64,000 nucleotides of DNA from Iphione sp. A-MEVVRFRX5 (GCA_976226885.1 OZ320323.1:1550001-1614000), one strand, 5' to 3'; positions 37,801 to 52,303 are shown, counted from the stretch's first letter. The notes: generated from the sequence alone by a model not told the origin. A program made the numbers and translations.

Positions 37801-38859
37801 GAACATTGAGAACACTAAATGTAATTTTTACAGCTGCCATTATTGGCATGTGAGTATTGCATCCAAGCTCAGGGTAACCGTATAGACTCTACAGTTTAAT
37901 GAATTGATGATACAATATGCTGGCGTGTCCATCACATGATGGACAAATGGGATCTCGTACATAGCTAAGTATGTACTTCCCATCAGTATGGCGCATGCAA
38001 GTAACAAGCATGCTATCGCAGGCTCTTCATTTTATTCCTCCCTGTGTCTCTCTATCAAGAGACAATAAACTTAGGGTTATTGTTTGTACCAGAATACTAC
38101 AAACTTGAGCTAACTTTTCTCGGAGGCATCACGCATTATTCTCAGTTCTCTCTCTACTCTTTATCAAGAGTGTTTTAGGGCTTTTGCATATTATCGGATG
38201 ATCAAGTTTCATGATAGATGCCTAAATGCCCTACGGTTAAGAATTTCCTTATTATCTCTCCTAACTCCTCAACTCCTTTTGAGTTTGGGTGGCATCCATC
38301 GTACAATGTCTTGTACTTAACCACATCCCATCTGTTTGCTCTTTTATGAGTTAGACTCCCTGCTCTGCATGTACTCCTTCCATTTTGGAAGTTTAAGTGT
38401 GTGATATACTCATTGATATGCCAGATGCTGTTATCTAGGATGAACTGCCTTCGACTGATACCATTCATGTTTTGGCCTTGATTATGAAAGATATTGGCCT
38501 TTATTAGGTTAGCACCTAAAATTGTACTAAAGTAGTATGGTATGTCCAATAGGGCTGATTTCAAATAATGGTTGGCATTGTCAAACACACTCATTACTCG
38601 GTTTATTGTTGCACTCATATCTGCTGTTTGCAAATCAATGAACGTATAATATTTACCATTTACAAATTTCCTTGTTTTCTTGGTGATATCACATATTCCC
38701 AGGATTATTATACCCTCTGTATCGTAAAATGTATTTTCAACAACCTCATGTGCCAGTTGTTCAATCGTATAACCAGGAAAAACAAACGGTCACCTCATGA
38801 CTCGAATACTCTCTATTGAGACCTCTCCCTCTTGAGTCACTGTATATATAGTACATCAT
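34806..38859 (-). mobile_element. CR1/L2-group LINE (element C): SGNH ORF 38859-38202, ORF2 APE-RT 37849-~35115
   Basis: SGNH YSDSRG, VFPGY, LGICD, YDGCHP (one frameshift); APE LNVRS, YRPPGG, TGDLN, SDHF; RT GVPQGSLLGP, YADD; A-run at 34806-34819 is a possible tail. Confidence 0.92.
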
Positions 38860-39149
38860 ACATCCGTCAATTTATCAGTCTCTCAGTTACTGTCAATTAG
38901 TATTATATGTTGTACTTCCCTTTCTTGTGCTGAGTTCTTCTTGCTGTTCTGGTATTGGCCACTGCAGTTGTAAGTTAATGGCAAGTTGTAAGTAGTCGGC
39001 CACTTCCACTGGCGTTACTTCTCGAGTACTCGACCCCCGCATCAAATGCCACTGTTAACTTCTCCACTACGTAGGCAACCATTGCTTGCTGTCAGCGGCT
39101 TTCTGCCCTTCATCTCACAATGCTTGCTCTGCAGGCCTGTACGAATATA

Positions 39150-39322
39150 GGACCCCATACTCTGCTATCAAGCTGTTAAGGTTCCTTCCTCCTGAGTCTG
39201 AGATTAGATAATACATATTAAGGTTTCTCTTAGCTTTCTGCACTGCAACCTGCTTCTCCAGATATCTGTTCAGCACGGACCAGATTTGGAATCAGGATCG
39301 CAGCTGTTTCTCATGCCTCCTC
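39150..39322. repeat. ~173-bp direct copy of 39953-40125 (SGNH 5' end)
   Basis: ggaccccatactct...ctcatgcctcctc occurs in both places with a few mismatches. Confidence 0.9.
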
Positions 39323-39361
39323 AGTAGCCTATCGGCTACATTGTTATGAACATTATTTACA

Positions 39362-40019
39362 TCATTCATGCGACCCAGAAATATGATCTACAAACTTTTT
39401 CAGAAGTTCTACAAGTTTCCTTTTCCCAGTATGGCCTTGGTAGCATCCATCCCATAGCTCATTGTACCTGACTTCATCCCGTCCTCCCATCCTCTTGTGT
39501 GTCATTGTCCCAACTCATGGTGTGCTTCTGCCATTGGTATAGTTCTAATTAGTTATATATTCGTTCACATGCCATATTGCATTACTCAGTATGTACTGCT
39601 TCCTACTTAGGTCGTCCATATACAACCCATTATTCAAGTGAATATTATATTTGATCAGATTCATTCCAAAGATCGTTGCAAAATAGAATTCCTTGTCAGG
39701 AATTGCTGAACGCAACAGAGCATTACTCTCATAGTAGTATTCAGGACCCGGTTTACAAGGTCAGACATGTTATCCTCCTTGAGGTCTATCCATGTCCTCC
39801 ATACACCACCTCTCCAGCCTACTTTCTTCTCAGTGAAGTTGCAGATACCTGCCATTATTATCAAACCCTCAACATTGTCTGGGAATACATCGCCTTGTAT
39901 CACATCGGCATATCTTGCACATTGAAACCAGGGTAGTTCCTTGTTACAAGTGGGACCCCATACTCTACTATCAAGCTGTTAAGGTTCCTTCCTCGAGAAT
40001 CTGAGATTAGATAATACAT
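39362..40019 (-). pseudogene. SGNH hydrolase ORF, degenerate
   Basis: YLISDSRGRNL, NYPGF, MAGICN, WDGCY (block V His changed to Tyr). Confidence 0.85.
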
Positions 40020-41029
40020 ATTAAGGTTTCTCTTAGCTTTCTGCACTGCAACCTGCTTCTCCAGATGTCTGTTCAGCATGGACCAGATTTGGAATCAGGA
40101 TCTCAGCTGTTTCTCATGCCTCCTCGGTAACCTTTCAGTTGCCCGTTCTCATATGCGATGCAGCACTTCAGCCTGTACCAAAATATCAAGTCTTAGTGTG
40201 CAAGTATAGAGGATTTACTATTCAAGTATATGCTATCACATACTCTCATCATACATTTGTAAGTACCATAGCATTTAGTATATCTGTACGATATCTCATA
40301 CTTTGTACTATTGCAGAGTAATTAGCAACTGATCATGTATGCTATCCCATACTAAAGGTATCAATATTACCCCCACACTCACAAGAGACCATAGGCAACA
40401 CACTCTGTTAATTACAGGTTTCAAAGGTGGTCCGTTATCGGACTCTTATTCTTTACAAATACGAATACGATTATTTTTATTGAGCCTCTCTGTAATAGAG
40501 TTTCCATGGTTCAATGACAGAAAAAAACAGGTGCTGACAAGATTTGTCTCAGAGTAATACAGCTCATGAATGCTAAGTGAAGTTTGCTGATATAGGTGCA
40601 TTCTTATGAGATAAATAGAGGTAGATACACTGTTGTTCATCAGACTAAGTTATGATGTGAAATTGCTGTATCGAGACACAGACAAGAGTCATATTAAGTC
40701 GTTGCATATACTCAATCAACTTTGGCTTAGTGATAGTTGAGCACTATTGCATATAATGATTGCTGACAGTGGAAGGCACTTACAATGATGTGTTTAATAT
40801 GCAAGTATTCACCTTCAGTTTAGACACAGTACTTACAACCGAATCAGTGTCTACACAGACACAGAGAGTTAAGATTGATTGATTTACCCGCACATGGTAG
40901 ATGTTAAGTAGCTATCGAGCAGATTACATTAGGGCTACATCAATGTCGGCAACAGTAGTCTCGGTAAAGTTGCTGTCCTGTCGGGTTTGGCTTGAACATC
41001 AGTCCTCCCGTCAGAGAACTTCATAAGAC

Positions 41030-42635
41030 TTATACAAAGTTCAGAGCATCAGACTTTGGCAGATTGGTCAGCGCCTTGAGCCCGTCAGGAAGAGTGTCCA
41101 GGTCGCAATGCCTCTGTAAGCGAGACTCCTTGCGAAGGAATTCTTCCAAGGTCTAGCAGTGAGACCTCTGGAACTTACACCTTTTCTGGTTTTGGTAGTT
41201 CTTGCAGGTTCAAGGCAGCCAATCTGCATCAGCCTATGGATAGCCTTAAATCCATGTAGGTTGACAAGGCTGTCCACCCTATCCATTGTCAACATGTTCA
41301 TCAGTCTTCTGGCACTTAGGAACTCACCCGTCTGTATTGACAGGCACGCACAGTGGTTGACATGCACCTGAAGTTCATACAGAGCAGACTGTTTCAACCC
41401 ATAATAAAGTACAGCCTGGTGGTGTAAATGGCTGGTGTCAGTCAGACACTCAGTGGGAGCAGCCGTTTGGTTCTGCTTATACTTATGGTCGAGGCCCACA
41501 TCCTCTGTTTTAGCTGCTGTAAGCTCTCCTTGAAGCCAAGACAAGCGTCAACTCTGTAGCCCAGCAATGTCAGGCACGTGGCGGAGTCAGGTTGATGCCG
41601 AGGTCAATCCCCTTGGCCTTGGCAAGTGGCATGCACTGGCATTTACCCTTGCTCAAAATAAAGCCATTCCGATGACACCAGGATGCCACCTTAGTTGCCT
41701 GCTAAGCGATCAATCTCAGCTGGAGTAAGTCTCTTGCATGACATATCACTGTCAGGTCATCAGAGTAAAGGGTCCCGGTGGCATTCTGTGGAAGTGATTT
41801 GATAATTCCGTCCACAGCTATGTTGAATGCCACCGGGCCCAAGACAGAGCCTTGGGGTACCCCATATTCCAGATTCCCAAGTCCAGATGAGCCATTGCCA
41901 CAGCATACAAATTGCTGCCGATCTTCAAAGTATCCGCATAGCTGGCGAAGAACTGTCACACTAGCACCATAAGACCTCAGTTTAGACATGATCAGCACAT
42001 GCTGGACTAAGTCAAAAGCTTGTTTTAGGTCATACACCAATATACAGCAGTACTGTCCTTCGTTTAGTCTTTCCAAGGCCTTAATGGTGATTGTTGATAT
42101 CGCAGTTTCTGTGCTGCGACCCGGTGAGAAGCCATGTTGTGACTTCTCAATGACCCCTCTGTGGTACAGGTGCGGCATCATGGCAGATGTGAAACAAGTC
42201 TCCCAGATCTTGCCCGGCAAGATCGAGACTGGTCTATAATTGGCCAGGTCCATTGGGTCGTTCCTTTTGAAGATTGGCGTCATCTGTGCTATTTTCCAAG
42301 CTGACGGGTAGATGGCAGTGTCCCGGATCATCTGAAAGATCCAGCAGAGAAAGTCCAGACAACCGTGCTATTTTCCAAGCTGTGTCCCGGATCATCTGAA
42401 AGATCCAGCAGAGAAAGTCCAGACAACCAAGCAAGATGCCTTTCATCAAATGTGCTGCAACACCATCCACTCCAGAAGCTTTGTTCTGGTTGACTTCTAA
42501 GACAAGTGGTCTTAGATCCAGAGGGGTAGGAACACCTAAACTGAACTTTTTGTCAGCCCAGCTGGATCTCTTTCCTTCAGAGAGGGGGACATTAGGGACC
42601 AGGGCAGACACCGAGTCTACAAAGTAGCTGTGTTC
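41030..42635 (-). mobile_element. 5'-truncated CR1/L2-type LINE ORF2 (RT domain) with an internal ~60-bp duplication at ~42320-42430
   Basis: KASGVDG, WKIAQMTPIFK, NYRPVSIL, QHGF, DLKQAFD, GVPQGSVLGP, YSDD. Confidence 0.92.
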
Positions 42636-42681
42636 TGTATGCCGTGGGACGTTGTTGTCCCTGGGTGCGTGGGACCCGTGG

Positions 42682-43463
42682 CTAGGAGGGGTACTGAAAA
42701 CCCGTTAGTCGTCTGTACTGGGCGCATGACAGGTCTCGGGAGATGGGACCAGCCAACTCTGGTGGTATGGCGACTTGCAGCCTAGCAAAGGGCTGGGCGT
42801 ATGGCGGGTTTCCCTGGTGGGGCAGAGCTGGCCACTCATTGGCATCCTTGGGAGGTGGAGGGGCTCCCTGGGGTGCCATTTCCTGCCTCGGTGGTTGGTT
42901 CTGGTGGGCTTGTTAGGTTGGGGTATTCAGGACGGGGCCTTGGGTTGGGTGGCCTATTTTGGTCTCCTCGGGGGGGAGGGGGGGGGGTCTGGGATAGTGC
43001 TGACCATACAGTGAAACATATTACCGTCCGGCTGGCAATGGGTCAGGAATTCAGTTCGGCGTTCTAGTTACCCCTGGAGGGTGCCCCTTTCCCTGTTTAC
43101 CTGGTCAATGATATGTTCTTTAGAGAATTCAAAGAAGGGGCACCCTGCCTCTTCTAACATAACTCCTATAGTATCAAGAACGCGGACCGCATCCTTGCGA
43201 TCACTGGTGGTGCGACGAATGAGGCCCATGGCGATTGAGTGCTGGACCCCGAAGGCGGAGCTCCTGTGATCATAGTTGATGTCGCGTGCGGTGTCGACAT
43301 CACTGGTGGCATACGGTGGGAGTGATTCTGCGCCGTAACTCCACGGCGTCAGCAGATCCAAGTTATTGAGCGCAAGGAGCCAGTGCACTCGCGTTTCCGC
43401 CTTGGCGCAGTTAACGAGCTGGTTTCTGACCTTTTTCCAAAGGTCTTCAGTGAACGGTGGCAT
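42682..43463 (-). mobile_element. Probable Penelope-like element N-terminal region plus Pro-rich segment
   Basis: LVNCAKAETRVHWLLALNN..YG..PPY resembles LLASMKANVRADWLCHLINEAYG..PTY (9644-9883), which lies in the Penelope remnant. Confidence 0.4.
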
Positions 43464-43524
43464 TGGTATCCTCCCTTCTGGTGCCTGGGCTCCCGCCTGG
43501 CTGTTGTACTTTATTCATACCACA

Positions 43525-46500
43525 ATTTTCAATTTCAATTTCAATGCTTTTATTCACCTCTCACAGTATTGTATAGAATACAGAATAGATCTCCCCGTGA
43601 ACAGTCGACTGAAAATTGAATGAATGACAAGGAAATAGTGCATGTTAGGCAAGCATTAATTGTACTTTTAGTTACAAGCCTTAGGACTGATACATACTCC
43701 TATAGTGTTATCAAAACGATATAACGAGAATATATAAACATACATTTACAATATTGCCATTGGGTTGGTAGACCATCTGGCCTATGCTTAACCCTGTTTG
43801 TGTCCTTGCACATGCTTGGGAATCTTTCACACCATTCCCGACTGGTTACAACAAAACTTTCCTGGCATAAGATATCCTTTGACTCAAAACTTGTTGCAGC
43901 ACCTACCCCTGGTTGGGAGCACATCATTTCATTTTTGTACCTTTTTCAACTTTGATTAAGCATACATACAATATTTTGAGTTATGAATAATTGTCCCTTT
44001 AACATAGGTCTTGAATACCTTTAGAGGCAATGTTGCCTTCCGGGGTATTCTCAATGCATTCCAGGCTTTGGTACCTCGATTCCAGAAAGAGTTAGCATAC
44101 AACCAGTGCTTTGGCCTCGTGACTACTAAGTTATCTGCCAGGCTGTTTCTAGATACCCTCATATGTTTCTTGTGCTGGCAGGCTCCTATTAAGTTCAGTT
44201 TGTGGATCAGCATCAGTAGTTGATGTTGCCCCCGCTCAGAAACTCTCTGCATTGATGCCCGTTTTCTCAGTGAGGTTGCGGACACTCTAGCCTTTGTGCT
44301 GCCTAGCAATACCATCTTGAGAGCATGGTTGAGTTCTATCTGCAAGCTGTCAAGTACCTTTTTGCTGGCATTAAACATGAATGGCAGCCCGTAGTCAAGG
44401 TTGGGAAGAATGAATGCCTTAAACAACAGCTGTCTGTCCTTAAAGTCAACATATTTGATAACCTTGGACAGTCCATAAGCCCTCGATCTGATTTCTTTTT
44501 TGTCACCTCCACCATTTGCCTCCAGTTGAGTTTGGCATCTATGGTGTAACCTAAGAAGTTGCATACATCGACTTTTCTTATATGATCACCTTCGAGCTGT
44601 AAGTCCAGTTCAAATGCATCTGCCTTCCCGAAGCCAATGTAATTGGTCTTCTTTACATTTATCGTCAGGCCGTTCCGGGTGGCCCAACCTACCACATCTT
44701 TTACTCCCCTTTGTAATTTTAGACGGAGAGCCATCATGTTGCTGGCTTCGCTGTAAATAGTTAGGTCATCAGTGTACAAAATACACTGGGTTATTGCTAA
44801 GTTTTGGGGGAGGGTATTCACAACAACAGAAAACAACAGGGGACCAATATGGCTCCCCTGTGGAACACCTTGACGGACAGCTAATGGCTTAGAGTCGACC
44901 CCATTACACCTTACAAATTGTTGTCGGTTACATAGATAGGATCTCATCCATGAAAGGGCTTTATTACCTACGCCTGCTTGTTTCAAACTTTGTATAATTA
45001 GGGAGTGGTTTATGACATCAAAAGCTTTCGATAGGTCGAAACACACTCCTGCCACATACCTACCACTGTCAATTGATGTATACACATCTCGGAGCAGGAC
45101 TGACACAGCAGTTGCTGTACCACGGTATCTCCTAAAACCATGCTGCTCATTACAAAAAAAACCTGAACATTCCAGATAATCAGTCATTTGCTTGTGAACC
45201 AATTTTTCAACTATTTTTCCCATTTGCGGTAAAATTGATACAGGTCGGTAATTGACTTTATCTGATTTTGAACCCTTTTTGTGCAGCGGTTTAACTCGAG
45301 ATTTTTTCCATTCATCAAGGAAAACCCCTTTCATAAGTAGTTCATTCACAATACCAAGGACAAATTCTGATGCGATCAACAGTGAATCTCTCAGTAACTG
45401 CATCGGCACAGTGTCCATCCCACTCGGTTTTGTTGGCTTCACTTCCCTGATTGCTTTTACAAAGTCTAAATGAGAAACTGTTTTGATGTCCCAGGATGAT
45501 GCCTCATTTGCTTCAGTTAGTACCACATGGGTTGTGAGATTCTCTGCCTGGGTGATGAAAAACTCATGCAGCAAGTCTGGTGCTTCACTTGTATCTACCT
45601 GTATACCTGCCTCGACCAGATTTATCTCTGTACTCATAGTGTTGCGAGAGAGAAGACTGGTGTTAATGCAACTCCAGTACTCTCGAGGAGTTCTGCAGCT
45701 CCTTAGCATAGTACAGAAGTATCTCTTCTTGGCCTTTTTTACCAATCTTCGTACCATGTACTTGAAATAATTTGCAATTCTTAGATCATCTACCTGGCCA
45801 TCTGCACGATACTGTTTTAAAAAGTAGTCCCTGTTTTTGACTGTCTCGCGTATTTCATCCGGCATCCACACATTATGACTCTTTTTACGTTTATATTTCC
45901 TGGGGCATAGTGTTTCACTTGCCTCTTCTAAGACAGTCTGGAATTGTTTCCACTTGTCTTCTGCATTGTCTTGTGAAGTGTCCTTGCGGTCCAGGATATT
46001 CTCGTTTAAGATATCTTCAAGAGCCCCCCAGCTATAATTTTTCCAGTTTCTCCCCCAGTAACCATCAGTAGCTGTGCGGTTTCGGGCTTTTTTGTCATTA
46101 AGAAAGACCAGGGCATGATCACTAATATTTAACTCAACAGTTCCTGAGCTGGTGATCGTCCCTATATTTGAGAATATTAGATCAAGTACGGCCCTATTAG
46201 TTTTATGTATGATGGTTGGAGACTTGATGAACTGAGTTAGCTTAAACTTTGAACTCATTTTCTGGATAATATCCCGTCTATTGCTCGCTTTACCCCAATC
46301 TACATTGAAGTCACCACCCAGTACAGTTTCTGTGATCCCTTTCCTTTTGAACTTGCTGAGAGTCGTTTCCAGATATTTCACTAGGGCCTCAATGTCTCCA
46401 CCTGATGGAAAGTACAGAATACTGAAAGCTAAAGGTTTTCTAAATTTAGATCTAAAATTGTACCAATTTGGACATTCAATTCATACCGCAAGCGAGGATT

Positions 46501-48204
46501 TATGGTGTTTAACAGTTTGCCATATATCGGTAGAAAAAGCACCTTATGTGTACCCGGGACATGAAGATTGTGTGATATTTCGTCAAAGTAATTCCAGATG
46601 TCATAATCAAGTGCTAAGTATGTTTCATATACCAAGTTGTTGTTATTCCCATCATTTACGACCAGTGAGTGGATCCTGGTGTGAAATATTGAGAGTTCAT
46701 AGTCAGGACTTGGTACCATAGGCATCATGTTTGTGATGTCTTCTACTGTAATCCCGTAGGTCGATACTATAGTGCACGGACACAGGTTGTCAAATCTGGC
46801 CCTGAGTCCATGTCCAATTGCCAGGCCCCGGTCATCTGTGATGAGCTGTATACGCGGCCACATCCCTATAGGAAATACAGTTTATTTACTACTTTGAACA
46901 CAACTGATGGGTGTTACTCTTGCTCGTCTAAGAATATTAGATCAAGTACGGCCCTACTAGTTTTATGTATGATGGTTGGAGACTTGATGAACTGAGTTAG
47001 CTTAAACTTTGAACTCATTTCTGGAAAATATCCCGTCTATTGCTCACTTTACCCCAATCTACATTGAAGTCACCACCCAGAGCAGTTTCTGTGATCCCTT
47101 TCCTTTTGAACTTGCTGAGAGTCGTTTCCAGATATTTCACTAGGGCCTCAATGTCTCCACCTGGTGGAAAGTACAGAACACCGAAAGCTAAAGGTTTTCG
47201 AAATTTAGATCTTAGTATCAACCACATTGCCTCGATATTGTCATTTACAATATTGTGATCTGGACATTTCTCAGCTACTACTCCCTTTTCTGTATATATC
47301 AATAGACCCCCCCCCCTTAAATCTTTTTGAGCCCTGATCTATCTTGCCTGTATATAGAGTATCCATCTTGGTTTAGATAAGCACTCGGTAATGTAGTACG
47401 TAGCCATGTTTCTACTATCCCACACACTTGCGGTTTGTGATCTCTTAAGAACCAACTTATGTCGTCAATTTTTGGCAATATACTTCTTATGTTCCAGAAC
47501 ACGAATGTCCTCCCCTTCATGATGACAAAGGTCATTTAGCACATTAATTTTAGATTGATTAAGAAAGTTTATCAATGATATTAACATATAGTTATCATTT
47601 TGAAAGTAAGAGAACTTCCCCTTGATATTGACGACAATCCTAAAAAGTGCCTATTTTATGATTCATGTACATATATGACAGAATTAAGCAAACAATCGGT
47701 ACCTTTTATTATGACAGTTTTCTGATTCACAGCCTGGTATAGTTTGATCCGAACATACGCCTGATCAAGATGTTATGCCGTAGCAGAGAGAAATCCACTT
47801 TTACACATGAGCATCATAGTTCAAAATCATTGATGATAAACCTTTCTACTTCGGTTTTCCACATTTCTTGTACTAGCGGAACAACTCCCATGTTCTCACA
47901 GATTAACTCTGGGCGAAATATAGCATTGTTGTCATGCCATTCATGAATTGGGTAACATGTGTCAGGAGTGGGCAGACTATTTTGTTCATTCATAGTTGCG
48001 CATACATTGTTAAATGTACCAATTTGGACATTCAATTCATACTGCAAGCGACTATTTATGGTGTTTAACCGTTTGCCATATATCGGTAGAAAAAGCACCT
48101 TATGTGTACCCGGGACATGAAGATTGTGTGATATTTCGTCAAAGTAATTCCACATGTCATAATCAAGCGCTAAGTATGTTTCATATACCAAGTTGTTGTT
48201 ATTC
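43525..48204 (-). mobile_element. CR1/L2-group LINE (element B), 3' part: SGNH end (48204-47814), APE (47535-46935), duplicated SGNH/APE block, APE-RT (46452-43956), (TTGAAA)n tail
   Basis: WNIRS, VETWL, GGDFN, SDHAL, GVPQGSHIGP, YTDD; AATAAAA followed by ATTGAAATTGAAATTGAAA at 43555-43525. Confidence 0.92.
46455..46930 (-). repeat. Duplicate of 55383-55852 (SGNH 5' part), wedged between two copies of an APE segment (46177-46452 and 46935-47212)
   Basis: Near-identical DNA; both junctions can be read directly. Confidence 0.9.
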
Positions 48205-48743
48205 TTTTTTTTTTTTTTTTATACGTTTGTTTATTTCTGGAATTGGGATAGGCCTTGAGGCCTTACATTTCCAGGCACAACTGAAAGGTTCGACAAGATT
48301 CAGTTACGATGAATCAATAGACACATACACAGTTCATTCCAGGTTGCTAGACGTAGGGTTCTCAGATGAAAGACCACAACGATGCTTTGGATGGCATCTT
48401 GACGAAATGGGTAAGTAATTCAGCAATTTGTGGGGATGTAATAGTAGTGCCAGTGGGTGGTCAGTGGAATAGAGTATGACCAGAAGATGGCTTAATGAGT
48501 GTGATTGCGTGAGCAGAGCTAGATGGTTGCGATTGATGGAGATATGAGCAGATGTGGTGAATATTGCACGATGCCCGTGATAACTCTTCGTTGTTAGAGA
48601 TTTTCAAAAAAGTTATAGGCCTCATGGTGGGTGATGGAATGGAGGGGAACAGATTCCAGTGAGAGGAGTAGTTACAAGTTAGAAGTTTGAAGTTAGAAGG
48701 TCGGGCTACCGTCATGATCGTTATCTGGATATATTTGCGAGCC

Positions 48744-51686
48744 TTAGTGAACCCTCCAATTCTCTTTCATCATTTTCTCAAACATGAGCTTTTTTAGTTT
48801 CGTCTTAGCCGTATTCAGCGACTTCACATTTGGAGGACCACCAGTGGACTTTACAGCTAATGGAAGGGTGTTCCATAAACGGACCTTATTGTACATTGGA
48901 GAGTATTTTATTACTTTTCGTTGTACCCGTACGTTTTTAATGCACTGATTTTTTTGGCTTCTTGTTTCCCTCAATGTCTCTGTTCTAGACTCATCCGGCA
49001 TGTCGTGGATTCTATTGCCAGATTGATTGAATTCCTTTATGGCCATTAATCCTACATAGTAATCGATTCTTAAAGGATACGGAAGAAGTTTTAGTTTCAA
49101 ATAGAGACACTCCATTGGGCTTGTCCAGTCATGGTAGCAGAGTCTTATCAGTCGTTCTAAGAGATTTTGAATATTCCTAAACCCGCATGCTTTCTTGTTT
49201 TGTAGCAATTGACAACCTTGTTCAGAATACGGGATAATGACGGTTTTGAAAATTTGAACTGCTGTTCCAATACTCACCATAGGCCGTGTTATTTTAAATA
49301 ATGTACTCAGTGGCTTTAGTGAGTTCAAGATCTTTCTTATTTGGTCATGCATCGTTAGGTGTTCGTCTAAGTATACTCGTAGATACTTTACACATTTTTG
49401 TCTTTTTATTCCTAACTTTGTTTCTAGGTTTTTGGTTGCTATATATGGCAATTTGTTATGAGGGTTGGAGAAGATGATTAGTTCAGACTTGCTTGCATTG
49501 ATTCTCAGATTGTTTGTAGCACACCAGTCCTGTAGAGTGTTCAGTCCAAGCGTTAATTTGTTAAACAAGTCTTCTACGTCGGTACCAGTCATCACTAGCG
49601 TCGTGTCGTCAGCGTATAGTTGACACTCCTTATCTTTAAAAAGCATTAGTGAATCATTAATATATAACAGAAAAAGCAGGGGCCCCAAGATGCTTCCTTG
49701 GGGTACCCCGGCTTTCACTTCACTTGGGTTTGATATGACTCCATTTAATTTAGTTCGTTGTTTTCTGCCGGATAAATAGTCCTTAATCCAACGGTAATAA
49801 TTACCTAGTCCAAAATTATTTATTTTTTCTAGGATAATACTGTGTTGAATACTATCGAAAGCCTTGGCATAATCGATCAGTAGGACACCAGTCAATTTTT
49901 TCATATTAAAATTTGTATAGACCGTGTCAACCAAGTTTACAATTGCATCGGTTGTTGACTTGCCTTGGCGAAAGCCGAATTGTAATGGATGCAACATCTG
50001 GTTTTGTTCTAGATATAAATAAATCCTCTTATGCACTACCCGTTCAATTACTTTGGAAAAACAAGGAAGAATTGTTATTGGTCTATAGTTTGCCGGGTTT
50101 TTTCGATCTCCCTTCTTAAAGAGTGGTGTCACAATTCCTTCTTTCCAGTCCTTTGGTACAGTTCCCTCTTTAAGTGAACAATTGATTAGCCTGGATACAT
50201 GATCAACTAAGAAAAGTAGTATTTCTTTTAGTATTGGCATAGAACACCATGGCACCCCAGAGGGCTTGCCTATGTCAAAAGCACCTACTATTTCTTTAAT
50301 TTCCTCACTAGAAACAGATGCAACCGATAGGTGATGAGGCAGGTCTGTATTGGTACTTTTAACGTCAACTTTGTGATCAAGGGATTCGGTTTTGTTACTG
50401 GTGGTTCCTTTGTTTGGAAATAAGCCAATGTTCGCAAAAAAGGTATTCATATAATCAGCCGACTCTATATCATTGAGAGCATTACCTTGGGTATCGTTCA
50501 GTTGGATATTCGGTTGAGACAGTTCCTTGGTCCTAAATACTCCTTTTAACATCTTCCAATACTTGTTAGGATTAGAACGGTTTTCGTCCAAATATGATTT
50601 ATAGTAGTTATTTTTGTTTTTACGAATTTGCTGCTTAACCATATTGCTAAATCTCTTGGCCCTCGAGATGTCGCTGGGGATTTTTGTTCTGAGTGATTTT
50701 CTAAATAAATGGTGCTTCTCATTTATTAGTGTCAAAAGTTCACTGGTTAACCAAGGAGCTGTGTATTCCTTACTGCGAACTGGGTGAAGAGGGCTGTAAA
50801 TGTCTAGGGACTGGATAATGACATTTTTTAGTTCCTCCCATAGATATATTGGGTCGCATGAAGAGAAATAATTGGCCCAATTGTATCTGGATAAATATGC
50901 TAAAACATCACCACGTATTTGGGCATTCCATTTTCTAAGCATATGGCGTTTGAACTTGAATTTAAGAGGTTTTGTTAAATTAATAGCCATTTCAATGGCA
51001 TGATGGTCACTTAGATTTAACTGTCAGATACGATATGATATTTCTAGTAAAGTGTTGGCATAGATGTGATCGATTGTGGTTGAAGTTGATTTTGTTTGAC
51101 GAGTTGGTACACCAACTAATTGTGTATAGGAGAATTCCCCTAAGAGAAAAAGAAGATTATTTATAGTCCTGTCACCAGTCGAAGTCCAGTTAATATTTAT
51201 GTCTCCAACGAGTACCATATTAAAGATATTGCTTTTATCTATGTACTCAAATGAGTTACGCAGATGTATAAGGAAGTCATCAGTATTTCCGCTCGGTGGT
51301 CTATAAATTATTCCTAAGTTGATTTTGTCTCCAATCAATAGCTGTAACCATAGCATTTCCACTACACTACTGTTCACATTCAGATGAGAAAGTTCCTGCT
51401 CATCAACTATGATTGCTTGCCTGACATATACGCAGATACCACCCCCTTTCTTAGGTTGATTTTTTCTCGTGCTTACCCATGTACGATCTTGCCTAATTAA
51501 GTAGTAGCCTGGTATATGCATGCTAGCTGTTAATATATTGCCATGGAGCCATGTTTCAACCAGAAAGATAAGGTCAAAATGTTGTTTGTGAACTATAGCT
51601 TGGAACTCTGATAGTTTTCCCACTAAGCTACGGATATTCACGTAAAGTATTCGAAGAGTCGCTTTATATTTGTCGCTACTAGACAT
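48744..51686 (-). CDS. Element A ORF2: AP endonuclease (51686-51024) plus RT (50990-48744), one frameshift
   Basis: VNIRSL, VETWL, YRPPSG, GDIN, TIDH, SDHH; NYRPITIL, QFGF, DYAKAFD, GVPQGSILGP, YADD, WNTLP. Confidence 0.95.
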
Positions 51687-52303
51687 TATAAGATGACATA
51701 CCCGACCATTAAGACCTTATGTGCTAGGAATTTGCAAATCGCATCAGTAATAGGGAGAAAGAGGAAATGGAACAAATGCAATGACTTAAGTGATGATTTT
51801 GATAAAGATAAAGATTGGAAAAACAGAGCCATATCATATATAAGCTGATAAGGCTCGAGAAGGATAGTTAGATACGGACGAGAAATGTTAATGGCCGTCA
51901 TTGGTTTGTGATAGAGAGAATAGGGCATTGGGGAGGGGGGGGGGCGGAGGCATGGTATAGCATTACAATAGTTACGGTTTAATAAAAATTTTAAACTAGA
52001 CTGCTGAAGAGTTACCACGAACACGAATGAATGGCACAGTTCAAACGAACAAACATTTTAATTCAGAATGATAATAAGTACGTTCTATCTATTAGAGAAT
52101 ACATACTTTATGCAAGGGAAATCTATAATATATAATAATATCAAGTTCTGGCTCCGAGATGCATGCCAAGATAATTGTACTGTTCCATGAAGATCAACAT
52201 GGTACTGAAGAGCTTTTATATCGGTACTGTATGAACTTCGGTATCAAAAAATGCATATGAGTGCTTAGTGTAATATAAACAGTTCAGTGTAATATAAACA
52301 GTC

